Positions 1 to 38,800 of a stretch of DNA of 64,000 nt are shown in pieces (position 1 is the first letter of the stretch; the number at the start of each line of letters is the position of its first letter). The stretch is from NCBI GenBank assembly GCA_013239625.1, contig MU053487.1:3431058-3495057 (forward strand), in the 5' to 3' direction. The DNA is from Lama guanicoe (Eukaryota). Made by a program: the position numbers and the translations under genes. The notes under the pieces were generated by a model, which had not been told where the DNA came from, did no database searches, and was given only the letters and a program-made list of their open reading frames with translations.

Positions 1-3000
1 TTTGGTTTGTCAGCTTTAAATGAAAGTCTTTGATTCTCTCCTATAGATTCCAACAGAATCTATATGTCTTCTGAATATTAAACTTTGCACCTTATAATAA
101 TAATGAATAATAAATAATGGGGAATACATCTATTATTCTCACTTCAAAAAAAAGGCCATTTACTATATACCACAAAGAAAACTGTAATTTCCATAAAATA
201 GAAATAATGCAATCTTCTTTAATTACAACACAATAAAATGAGAAAATAGTAAAATACTGTTTTAAGTTCCAGCCATACTTTCTATAAAAGTACTTCTAGG
301 GCAAAGAGGAAGTAAAACCCAAAATCTCAGAGCTTCTAAAGACATAATTGATAATGAAATCTATTGGATATAATTAAAGCAGTGATTAGTGAAGTATAGC
401 TTTAAAATACTGTAATATTGATAAAAATAAAAGAATAAAGTTTAAATGAATTAAGAGTACAACTCTGTCCTCAACTCTACAAGGTTGCCAGGCTCTGCTT
501 GGGATGCACTTCCTGCACTGTGGAGTGGAATTTGTCTCCAGCAGAAAGCAGGGTCATAAGGCTGTCTCTCTTTTCTCAGGGATTATAGAATTGTATAATG
601 TCCAAAAATAGTTGCGCCTGTGTTTTGTCCAGTTTTCTTGTTATGGCTCCGAAGGGCAAATACTGTCCCAGCTACTGCATGAGAGCTGGAAGTAAAACAT
701 CTTATTCAGCTCGATTTTGGTTTCACTTCCAGCAGTCTCTTCTCACTGTAGGAACCTGGCCTAAAAGGGAGGCTTGGCTGGTCAGTTTTAAGAGCCCACA
801 GGAACAGACTGCTCCAGCTCTTTCTATTCTTACCAGAGTCACCTTGCATTCACTTTCTGCTGGTTTGGGAAAAACCCCTCCTAGTTTCACCAACTGTTCT
901 TAAGTCATTGAGCCATGCTTTCCAGTGACTATCTCTTAGAGCTTTTGGGATTCTGTTGTTCTCAGTTACCTCATCCAGCCTGTTGCATTCCTCAGCTTTT
1001 CCTTGCACAGATGCTAGCCCATGAAGCTTTTACTGCTTTTGGGTGTTTGGGGTTTGTCTCTACTCGCTTGTATTTTGGTGTTTTGGGGGAAACCTTGTCA
1101 CTTAGTTTTGTTATAGATGTACACGGATTTTCTGTTTTGTTTGTCCTTCCATGCAGTTGCTATGTGAGAATTTTGGAAGATTCAAAAGCTATGCAGCCAC
1201 TAACCTAGCCACCATCTTCTCAGAATCTGGCAGATGTTTTAAGAGTTGGAAAATAATTTCCCATGCTCTCTTCCCCCGTGTCTGCACCAGAAGCAGCATG
1301 TATCAAAATGTAGCCTCCATTAGCCTGTGTCACTGAGTTTTTACAATGAGCACAGCTTGCTTGGTGACCCACATGGACATGCAGGATGAGTGAGGAATAA
1401 ATTTTGTTGTTTTAAGCCACTGAGGTGTGGGGATTTTCCATTAGCACAGCATTATCTAATCTATTTGGAGAATTATAGAGAGTTACTTTTCCATCCAAGC
1501 CACTTAATTTAGTTGACCTCAAGGTAGTCACCATTAAGTTAAGAGAGGGTAGGAAGAAGAACTACAGGGGCAAGAAAGAAAAGAAACAAAAAAACTATTT
1601 GAGAAGTGTGTCTAGGAAGTAACTTGATGTTGAAGACACACAGAACAGATTGGAAGTACATGGTTAAGCTTTGGGTGAACTATATTGCTAAAAAACCCAT
1701 GCACCCACCCCACCCAATTATACAGTGTTAATGGTAACCCCCCTTAAATTATTTAAGGTGGTACTGCTGTACCTAAATTACCCACTAATAAATACTACTG
1801 TATATTACCCCATATTTCTCATAATTACCCACTACAGCGTATCTCTAACCAGGGCCTTTCAGAAACTGAGAGAGGCTGGGGCTGCTTTTATGTATTTAAA
1901 TGAAAAGGTCTCCAAATAAAATTACAAAAATTACTTAAAGAGTTTATCTTGCCAATTAAATGCATTTAACCCTCAAAATAGAATGTGTTATAATTATACA
2001 GGTATCAGTTGTATTATAATGCTGTAGTTTTCTGCCTTCTCTCATTAACTTGATACTGAAGGATGCCATGCTGAATTGTTTCTTCTTAATTCCTTGGTTT
2101 CTGACCTTGATCCCTGCGGAGGGGAGAGATCAGGGAAGAGCAGTTCTAACATACAGAATGCCTGAATGGAAGAATTCCCTGCCCAAAGTTTTATTGTGAA
2201 CATTTGTTGGGTTTTTGCCTTCCAGCTTCCAGTCATCTCATATCTGATATCAAATGCAGTATTTAGTACTCTTGTAGTTCAAAAGGGCAGAAAACCCAAG
2301 TCAAACTTGCTTTTCACATCTCCATCATCACCTTTCTCAAACAGCCTATAGGCTCATGAACAAATGGTGGCAGAGAGAGGCTAATCCTATGAGCTCAACA
2401 ACATGGATTTCAGCTCTGCAAGAGGATTCCAGCAGTGGCAATGAGGACTGCGAGGGTTCTAAGGCAGAAAAACTTTAATGTGTCTCAGGAACAGAAAGCA
2501 GGCCAGTGTGTCTAGCTGATAATGGTGAGATGGAGGAAGAAGGGCTGATTATGTACAGCTATTGTAACAGGAAGCCATGGGAGGATTAAACCAACTTGCT
2601 GATGGATTGAATATGGGAGGAATCAAGAATGACTCGTAAAATTTTGATTTGAGCAATTGGTTGGTTATACTGCTGATTCAGATGGGCAACTGGAGGAGTA
2701 GATTTACAAGGGAAATCAGAAATTCTTTAGCTAGGTCAAATAACAAGGTGCCTGATAAGGCTGCCCAATAGAGATGTCAAGTAGGCAGTGGGTTATATGA
2801 ATTTGGAGTTCCCAGAGATGTCAGGATGGAAGACAGAGATGTGAGCCCTTACTGTGATACCCAATCTGGTGTGAAGTAGATGAGATGAACCAGCCAACCC
2901 AATAAGGAGCTGTAATCTTTGACATCGGATTTTCCAGAACTGGAAGGGGCCTTTAGAGACCCCCAAATCTTTCTGGGTCATGGTTCCAAAGTGTAGTGCC

Positions 3001-4512
3001 TGAGGTGTTTCAGGTGCTTTGGAAACTGGAGGTGGTTGATCCTCATTTCAGCTTCGGTCAAGACAATTTACGTCTTACAGGGTGGACTTTATGTAAGATT
3101 TTGTATAAATAAGGTTTCTCCTATTAAAAAAAAGCAAAGCACAGGAGTCTAACCTCCTCACTTTTTGTGTAAGGAATCAGGCTCAGAGAAGTGAAACAGC
3201 TCAGTTTCAGCCCGCCCAGCTGCTCTCGCCTTGCTCCAAGAAAGGCTGTGGCAAATCTGGAAAGGCCAGAGGACAATTTCTGTATCCAAGGATTCCACGC
3301 CTCATCCCTGAGCTATGAGGGGTCTTTCCCTCTTTAGCTGGGGGTGGGGGGCATCATGACCCTCCCAAACTATGGCTGTGACAAGCACCGTAGAATCTGA
3401 GATAGAGAACAATGGTCCCCAAAGAGGAATCTGGGGGGTAAAGAGGACAGCCCAGACATTTGCTAGACAAGACCTTCAATTGCGGGGACCGAAGGCAATT
3501 AACGGTTTTGAAGGTGCAGATTGAAGCTGGGGGTTGGGGGTGGGAGTGCTGAGAACACTTAGGTAGGTAAGGGTGGGGAAAGCAAGTTCCCAGAGGCCTT
3601 TTCCCACCTGCTGCTGCTCTACAGGGCGGGGCTCACGCCCTCCCTCGCTTGGATGGGTTCAATTCCAAGATACTCAGCTGTGCCTTTTGTGCGTGTGGGT
3701 GTAGGTGGGGGGTTGGGCTGCAGACGTGGTGGTCCACTTGTTATTTTAGAGAAATCAGCCTTTTCCTGCTGATTAGTTCACCCATCAATAAACACGACTC
3801 TCCTGTGGCTCACTGTGACTCGCATCTCATGTGGGGAAACGGAGGCGCAGAGAGGAATCCAGGCCAGAGTCGGGAGTGGCCCACCCACTCTGGAGTAGCA
3901 GGGCATCATGCCCTCGGGAGCATGGTCGCCTGCGCACGAAGCAAGAATCCCGGAGCGGCGGCCACGGGGTCCTGGAGTTCTGGGGCAAAGTGGTCCGGGG
4001 GTCCAATCCCGCCACCTTTGCCATCGCGCCCTGCCTCGCGCTGCAGGCCCGCGGTTTGCACGCTCCCTCCCGGAGGGCGTGGGCTGGGGGCGGGGCCTCC
4101 GTGTTGTTGTTTCTCCAGGGCTCCGCCCCTGAGGGGGGCGCGGACCACGCGGCCAAAGGGCCCGCCTCCCCTCCCCCTCCCCGCCCAGCTCGCCCGCCTC
4201 TTTGTATCCAACATCCGGGTTTCCCCGCTGGCTCGGCTCCGCGGCCGCGGCTCAGGAGCCATTTTGGACTCGGTTCAGCTCCCCTCCCCCCACCCCTCCC
4301 CCCGTTCATGGCCCCTCCGGACTCGGCCCCTGCGCCCGGGGCCCGGGCCCAGCCCCGCCAGGGAGAAAGGCGCAGGAAGCGCGCGGGGAACGAGACCTAA
4401 GGAAGAAGCGGGAAGGAGAGCGCAGCCGCCGCCGCCGGGCCCTGCGCGCCCCGGGAGCGCCGCGCGGCCCTGCCCGCGGGCTCCTGGTGTCCGCGGGGCG
4501 GCGCCGCGGAAC

Positions 4513-30534
<26,022 letters not shown>

Positions 30535-30666
30535 GCCTAGGACATGAGTGGATCTCCAGACTCAGTGGATCTGAAGAGGAAAAGAAAAAAAAAAAAGTCG
30601 TGTTTTGTTTTGGAAATCCCATAATACCAACAAACACATAAAATGCAGCTGCTATTTTACCTTGAC

Positions 30667-30715
30667 TTATTATTATTATTATAATTATTATAATTATTAT
30701 TATTAATATTATTTT
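30667..30715 (+). repeat. Imperfect (TTA)n AU-rich microsatellite in the proximal 3' UTR
   Basis: ttattattattattataattattataattattattattaatattatttttt. Confidence 0.9.
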
Positions 30716-31856
30716 TTGGATTGGATCAGTTTTTACCAGCACATTGCTCTACTGTATCGCAAACAGCGGACTCGTCAGCAGGCGTTGAGGTGCTGAGCTG
30801 TGAATGCAGAACCAGCGCCGCGCTGAGAAGCCTCGGCCACCTCCCGCCCCTCCCGTTTTCTCTCTGTTTGTGTTCTCAGAATCTGTGACACAAACCCATC
30901 TCCTGTCTTAGGAAACTTAATGCTGCAAACTCTACCTAGAGGAACCTTTGAAGACTGTTACATAAGAACACATCTTCCTCAAAAGAGGACTTGCCCTTTG
31001 CCCTCGCCCCCCTTCCCGCTCCCTCCCTCTTACTGTGTTTTTCTCCCTTTTTAGACAGTTTAAGAAACAGCAGATGAGTCTTTCACGGAGTAACGGGTGT
31101 TGTCCTGATGGAGGAGAAACTAGGACGAGGATGGTTTGGACTGGAGTTGGAAGGGGAGGACAGAACTGGGGGTGGGGTTTGGAGCAGAGCTACACTGGAC
31201 TCGGGCACGTTTGGAGCAACATCCTTTGCTGTGAGACTACTTCTCAGGTAACCAGGAATCGAGCGGAAGGCTGGCGTGGAGGCCGAGCAAGAGCGGGGTT
31301 TGGAGAAAGTCTGTAATCAGGTGTGGCTCTGATCCATCTGTTGGCCCTGAACAGTTTTTCCCACTAACTTGGGCTTGGGTACAGGACAGAACATTTCTTC
31401 TGCCCTGATTTTAAGGCTAGGTAAGGGTGGGAGTCATCATGGTTTTACTGAGTATGTTTATTTTAAGACATGATACTGTAAGTATCTTTAATGGAGGAGA
31501 AGTTGAAATACATGCATTGCTTCCTCCTGGAGCAGTTCAGGGAAATCCCCACGGCGGGGCGCCCTCCACGGCGGGGACTGCGAGGGTTTCCTGGGTGGCG
31601 CCTGCCAAGGCATGCCTGTCTAGAGACCCCCAGCGTCCCGCAGCGCTGTCTCTGCCTTGTGTGGTGGCAGTACTATCCCTTCATGTGGCTTGTAGGTGAC
31701 ACAGCTTTCTCCAGACCCCTTAAAGAGGTGCATATTCTAAAACCCGTTTCTCTGTTATGCCGTGACCTTGCTCTAGTCAATGAATGTTCCTAATGCTGCT
31801 GTTTCAACATTTGAAATTTTTTAATTTATGAAACATGCGAATTTTTTTAAAAAACA

Positions 31857-31920
31857 ACACACACATTCACATCCACGCACACACACACAGACACACACAC
31901 ACAGACACACACACACACAC
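31857..31920 (+). repeat. Interrupted (CA)n microsatellite
   Basis: acacacacattcacatccacgcacacacacacagacacacacacacagacacacacacacacac. Confidence 0.9.
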
Positions 31921-34900
31921 GCTTTGCTATGTGGCTTCCGAGGTTTAAATTTTGAAAAGTAAAAGAATTAAAACTTCACGACCACAGACCACCTCAAACC
32001 AGAAATACCTCAGAATTTTCTACTTGTGTAAGTTTTATTATATATTTTATTAGTTGTGTTGTCTTGTAGTACGTATATTTTAATGTAAGTTGGCTTTTAT
32101 GACAAGAAAGCTTAAAAGAAATAGAGAAAAAGAAGAAAACCTTTTGAGTCTTCTAGGGAGTGCTACCGTGTTGCTTTGATAACGCCCGCTTGTAAATAAT
32201 TGTCATCAGCTCTGGGTTGGCTGTCTGGGCCGAGTCTGGGCATTCATCACTCTTCTTTGTGAAGGCTTTTCCTTCCGGTTTCTTTTGACCATTTCATTTG
32301 AGAACTGGATCTCTTAACCTTGAGGGTAGGTGAGTTGGTAGTTGACGGGCAGCGGCTGACTTGGGTGAGAGCGAGCGGGAGAGGGGCCGCCTCCTCTCGA
32401 GTTCCTGGAGGTTCTGCTGTTTCCCTCGACGTGATTGGTCATTGTTGGGAATGACAGGTGACCCCACTTTAAGTTGCTGTAACTGTGGCCCCTAGACCCA
32501 CAAGAGGTAGTTGTACTTGAGATGGACTTCTTTAAGCAGATGAGCAGCAGCGATGTTGGACTTGGTCCACGGGGCTCTGCGGCCCCCACTGCCCGGCGAG
32601 GGCGGCGTGTCTGGGCGGCGGGGCCGTGTCCTCCTCTCCACGGGTTTGCGCTCCGGGTGCTGTGCGAGGCGAGTCTGCTTCTCCCCCACAGCTCAGTCTT
32701 TGCTTCATGGGTCAAGATGTGAGCCGGCCAGGGTGGCTACAGGAACAGGTTTTTGTTTTTGTTTTTGTTTTTATGGTAAGTTATTTGACTTTTTCTTTGT
32801 CTTTTTCTTTTTTTTTAAAGCTATTTTGTGCTGTGGTATTTTTCTTCCCCTGGGATAATTTTTAACAGCAAAACAGGCCTTACAGCAGTTGCTTTTCTTT
32901 TCCACTTATTTCTTTCCAAAGCTTTAAAATATTTATTGAAAAGTGCCGTATCTGATTTCTCCAGCTTTCTCCTCAGGCAGGGTGGGGCATCTCTACTTTT
33001 CAACCCTCAGAAGAAACAAATAAACCACTAACAAATGTAGCTAGTTCACTACAGGAATGTTCAGATCCCGGAACCTCCCCCTGGGTGTGCAACGCGGAGC
33101 CCGAGCCTCCTTGTCTGGTTTTAGATCTCCTCTGAGCAGGGTTTGTTCTGTGTGCTGGCTTGGCTCTTGTGAGAACAGGTGCTGGCCTGGCTGGGGTGGG
33201 CTGTGCCGAGGCCCTGCGGTGGGACCTGCGGGCCTTTTGTCCCGGGGTCTCCCCCTGTGCTGACCCTGTGCTCAGCCACTGTCGCGTCCTTTGGGGCATT
33301 GGCGCCAGGATGGCCCCTGAGTGGTGTGGCCGGGCAGAGCGGAGGGTGCAGGAGTGCCAGTTCTGTGGGCTTCTGGCTGCCCTTCCCCCGCGTGCTGTGC
33401 TGAGCATCCCTGACTCTGCTCATGACCAGGAGAAGGTGGCATCTCTTTCCAGGGCATGTCGTGGGGGTCTGGATGGGTCTTTTGCCTCTGAGAAAGTGTT
33501 GTATGATTTGCTGTCGTGTATTCTCTGGGGAGTGGACCGTCTAGCGCTCTGGTTTATGTTCATTGGGTTGTAGGGCCTCTCCCTGTGCTCTTCACAAAGA
33601 TTTCATGCGGCCTCCACTTCTGGGGAGCTCAGGTCACAGTTACTTTTTTCTTTTTCCCTCCAAGCTCTGTGGAAGACTGGTGGGAATGGAGTCTGGCATG
33701 GTTTTCCCTGCCTCATCCAGGGTGGGAGGGTGGCCAAATCAAGGGACAGAAGTGGCCCAGGATCCCTGCCCCTTCCTTCCTAGTGTGCTGTCGTGCGGGC
33801 AGGCTCCTGGCTGTGGGACGGACTTTAGGGGGAGAATGTGTTCTGGTTGAAGACACCCATGATCACTGCGGGAAGATGTCCCTAGCCAGGGAGATCCAAG
33901 AGTGAGCAAGGGAAGGAGGAAACATATGGGGACAGAGTCCACTGTGTCACATGGGCCTGCAGAGGACTCTTAATGATAGATGGCCAGGGAGGGCCATGGA
34001 CATAGTCATTAGAGCATCCTGGGCCTAGCATAAGCCTGGTTTCCTCCTGGGGCCATTGGTCCCCACCAGGAGTCCTTCTTTGAGTGAGTTACTTGGGGCT
34101 AAGCATGGATGGTTCTCAGGAGGAAGGGAGAGCGAGCTGTGCAGAGACATGGTGAGACGTACCTGGTGTCCAGCATGGCCTTCCTGTCCTGTTGGCTCTC
34201 AGTAGGTACATGGAGGGATCGATCCTGCTGGGGAGGCTTCCCCGTCTGTGCCAGCTGCTTCTGACTGAGAATTCACCGTGTCCAGACTTGGGGGCATGTC
34301 TACAGAACAAAAAAGACCTTGTCCAGCCTTGAACATCCTCAGATGCTTGAGCCCCACACTCACAGGTTCTCAGCCAGAGGGAAAGGTCTGTCATTTCCAG
34401 GCCACTGAGATGGCTCTCCCCCTGCCCTGCCCCGCCCCGGGGGCCACGCCAGCCCTCTGTCCTGGCTTGTCGTGCTTCAGGAAGCTAAGCAGGTGGTCCC
34501 ACAGTTCTGCTCTGCCACCTTTCTCTCCAGCTGGCCACCTCCTTGCTCCCTGCTACCCTGCCACTCGACATCTGGTGCTGGGGGTGTGGTGTTTTTTTAG
34601 TGGCGAGCCTAGCTGTGTATTGAGTGTCTGCCACGTGCTGTGTGTGGCTCAGAAGCCTGTCACTTGGTCCCTGTGCTCTGAGCCTAGAGGGCAGGCAGGC
34701 GGCTTTTCCATCTTGGGTGGGAGGACTGGGTGGCCCTCTTGCAAAGGGAATTTTGCCTTTTTAAGAATGCAGTGTAAAGTTCCCAGCACCTATTGGTAAT
34801 ACAAATATTCGATGTTTTTTTAAATATGTAGTAAGCATACGTATGTAAGTTTTTAGGATTGGTACTAGGAGTTGAACAGCCAGGCATTATTCTGGAGAAC

Positions 34901-35547
34901 TTGGCTCGCTAGAAGAATATCTAAACTGGAAAGCATTTTCCAGGAGTAAACTCAGTTTGATTGTGAGTCCCAGCTATTTTAATAGCTGGTTGGGTCCTGA
35001 ATCTTTAGAGAGACAGCCAGGCCTGGTTCACAGTTCTGGGGCCCCAGACCACAAGCAGCACAGTGAATTGACTCTGTCCCCTGTCCAGGGCAAGCAGCTG
35101 GAAAGGAAAGAGGGCAAGATGGCTTTCTCTCCTCGTGCGGGTGACTTGAATTCTCCTAGGTCTGTGGCTGTCTACAAAAGCTGAACTAATAAAATACTCA
35201 GCAGCTGAAGTGTTCAGCCTAGTAATGATGGGTTTATGTCTCAGTCAAGAGGAATGTTTTAGGTAAAGAAATAGGCCCAGTAATTCAGTTGATGAACTGT
35301 TTTATCTTCTCAGTCTAGATTTGTAAACGTTTAATGAATTCAGGGTTATAGGCATAGTTTTTAAGTAAGATTCCCAGTAGTTAATTTGTAACCAGCAGTC
35401 TACTTATGAATGTGTCCCAAACCTTTAGGAGGCTTGAGGATGTTTTTTAAGATGATGATTTAGTTTTGTAGCAAAAAGAAATAGAAGTTTAAAACACACT
35501 CTTCCCCTTGGAAATTAATTCATTTGACTTGGCCAATTTTTAAAAAC

Positions 35548-35895
35548 AGTTGGAGTTGGCCCCTCCGTATCTATGTATTCCTCATTTGCAGGTTCAACTG
35601 ACCTTGGGTCAAAAATATTAGGGGAAAAAAAATTGTAGTAAGTTCTAAAAATAAAAACTTGAATTTGCCACCCACTGGCAACTATTGATGTAGTATTTAC
35701 AACTACTTACATAGCATTTATATTGTAGTAGGTATTATAAGTAACGTGAGGATGACATAAAGCATATGGGAGGGTCTGCAGAGGTTATATGCAAATACTG
35801 CGTACACCATTTTACATAAGAGGCTTGAACATCTTGGATTTCGGGTCCCATCCTCCACCCCCCTACTCAGGTCCCAATACAGAGGGATGACAGTA
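35548..35895. mobile_element. Tigger-derived MITE (MER2-like) in the ACVR2B 3' UTR
   Basis: Ends cagttgg...cctccgtat / atacagagggatgacag; internal ttacatagcatttatattgta...ggttatatgcaaatact. Confidence 0.75.
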
Positions 35896-38800
35896 GTGGG
35901 TCCAGGAGACCTGTAAACTATCAAGTAAAAGTCCAAATTATCTAGTGGGATATTTTGAATATTCTTATTTTATACTCATTTTGGGTCCATTGTAAACTTT
36001 GGTTTGGACAAGATTTTAAACTTAAAGGATTTACCCCACTATTTAGATTTTTACCAAGCTTTTACATTTTCGTGACGGTCTCTTCCAGGTGTGACTAAAG
36101 CAGGACTCCCTGATAGTGGTATTCCGTGCATCCCTGTAGTGCCAAACCCAGCGATGTTTTATTTGCTCCTATGGCAGCTCGTAACGATAACACAACTTTT
36201 CCCCTCATGAATTAAAACGCGTATTCCCTAAACGCCAGCATGTGGAGATGGGCCCTGTGCTGCCCTTTTTTCTCCAGGAATGTCTTTGGATTGTCTAGGG
36301 CCCAGGCAGTTCTGAGAACTACTGCGAGCCACCTACAAGACACTAAAGAAACACACATGTGGACACAGGTGTGTGTGTGCGATGGATTCTACAAACGTGG
36401 GCTCTTCTGTCCGTCTGCGGAAAAGTGTTACATTCATTTGCAGAGTTTACATTTTTAGGCTCACAGTTACGAAAAATACGACCCATTAGCTAATGCTTTC
36501 CAGGCAGGTGAGGATGGGTGCCCCCCCCACAAATGGTGGAGTTCTGTCCTGAGTCTTGGGAATTTCTGTAGGTTGGCGTGGACTCTTCCCGATTCTCCCA
36601 ATCACGTTTGCGTTGAAATGTTGTTAGGTAGCTTTGTAAATAAAAGAATAGGTTATATAATAGAGTTATGACACTTGAAATTTTACTTTGAAAAATCTAT
36701 AGCACTACATATATATTTAGTTATATCACCTGACAGATTTTTCTGCACAGTGTGGAGATTGTTTTATACCACAGATTATTTTTATAAAGTCTAGTGAGTT
36801 TGAATAAGGATGACTTTGTAATCAGAGTAATGAGCTTTACCTTTCAAGATAAACGTACACTGGAGTGTGAGTGGTGTGGAGCTTTTACTTGGTGCTCTTG
36901 GGTTCCCATTGATACACTGGTGATGACAGTCCATCCAGGGGTCTTGTTTGGCCAAAACTACTTGTGGCTGTCTGCGTAGGACAGTCTGCACAGGAGGGGG
37001 GTGCTTGGCCCTGTTCCTTTCAGACCAGGAGGAGGGGGCTGGGGAGAGGCAAGAGGAGCCTGCAGTGTGTTTTACTTTCGTGCTTCCTCCTGAGATTCCT
37101 TGTGAACAAAGGGTTCTGAGGTTAATCATTAAAGTTACCATCACGGATGTAGTAGTATGAGGTGTTTTGGGGAACAGAAGTTGAATGGGGTGCAGATGGT
37201 TGGGACTAGAATAAGATTCAGGCTTCAGACATTTGAAATGGGAATTTGGTGATTTGAGAAATCTACCGAACGGGGTTATCTAGGACCAAATTGTCCAGGT
37301 TTCAGGACAGAATTTCCGGTCGAGTAATTCTTGGAAACTGGGGAGGGTGGTGTGTGGACGTAGCGGTCACATTCAGCAGAGAGTGGCCAGGTCCATCTTG
37401 TCTTCTGTGTCAGGGCTGTTTGGAGGTGAGGGGCTGGCTTGACCCACTGCTTTAGTCTAGCGAGTAACCCAGGAGCCTGTTGAGGAAGCTCGAACCTTGT
37501 CCCAGCAGGACATCTTTCCAGGGTCTGCAGGGTTCCTGCTCTTCCCACAAAGGTCGTCACTGCCCTTGTGTGGAAGGAGGTCTTCATGTTAGCCTTTTAA
37601 TTTTGGGTGAAGAGTAGTTGGTTTTTCAGGTGAACTTCCTTGCTGGGGATGTACAGGAAGTGAATCGTGAAGCAGATTCTCTGTACCCGTAATTGCTGAA
37701 GCCCTGTCCCCAGACCCTGCCTGCTGGCTTCAGCTGCTGCGTTCAGAGGTGCACTGGTTGGGACAGTGATGTCAGGAGAGACCTTCACGTGTCCTGTGAA
37801 ACCAGCTGTGCTTTTTACCCGGTCTGATCGAGAGTAAAGTTTTTCACTACCCCTTTTATACTTGAATGAATTCGGTTTTGGCAGATCCAGGAGTACTCCG
37901 GGAACCAAACATCGGTCCTTTCCCGTCCCCATAAAAGAACGTTTCTCTGCTCTCCAGCCACGTGTCTTGGAATGTAATTCTGTTGTGCCTTTGTTTTTTG
38001 TCACCTGCCTCCCCCCAAAAGCAACTGCTGTAAGCTTTTTTCTACTTGTCTTTTCTAGCCTGAACCCCCACCTTTTTCCTTTTTCCCAGCTGTATTTTCT
38101 GGATGCAGTTCTGTGCTCCAGGTGTTTTAAGAACCAGTTACCTCAGACCTCGTGTTGAACAGTGTCACCATCTGGGTCCTCTCAAAACTGCAGGCTTGTG
38201 ATATACACACACAGGAACCCTGCTGAGTATGGGTACTTATTTGTTTTCAAGTAAAACTCTTCCCAAGGATTGCAAAGGGGGCTTCTGGCAAGCTCTTCAC
38301 AGCCTTGTGGTGGGATGGGTCTAGAGTGTCATCTGAACGGTGCTTCCCGTGGTCCTCTTTGAATTTTCAGTATTCTCGTGTCTGAATAGGCAAAGTGATT
38401 CAACTGGCTGGTCTTGTCCACAATTGAGTTCCGAAAATGAGCTCTTTGTAACATATTTCCAGTCGCTAAAGCTCAAATGTAGAACATTCCCTTAAATGGC
38501 AGGCTTGAAACTCCCCCCGCCCCATCCACCACAGTGCATTTTGGGAAGATGTCTGTAGCATATGTTGCTGTGAAATCAGGCCTTGCGGGATATGGTTATT
38601 TGTCATTTTGATGTATTTTAAATAAATATATATATATATTTTTTAAAGAGCCTTTTTTACCAGTTCAGAAAGTTTAACCAGCAGTTGCCACATCAGAAGT
38701 TTCGTCTCTGGGGCACAGATGGCAGACCAAGGTTGAAGTGGTAACTCAGTCCCATGAGCGTGGGCTGCCCGCCTGGGCTGTCCTACGGACCGTGGGGCCC

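Noticed and set aside
32314..34799. ORFs of 100-170 aa in the ACVR2B 3' UTR
   Set aside because: GC-rich UTR segments with no homology or splice support
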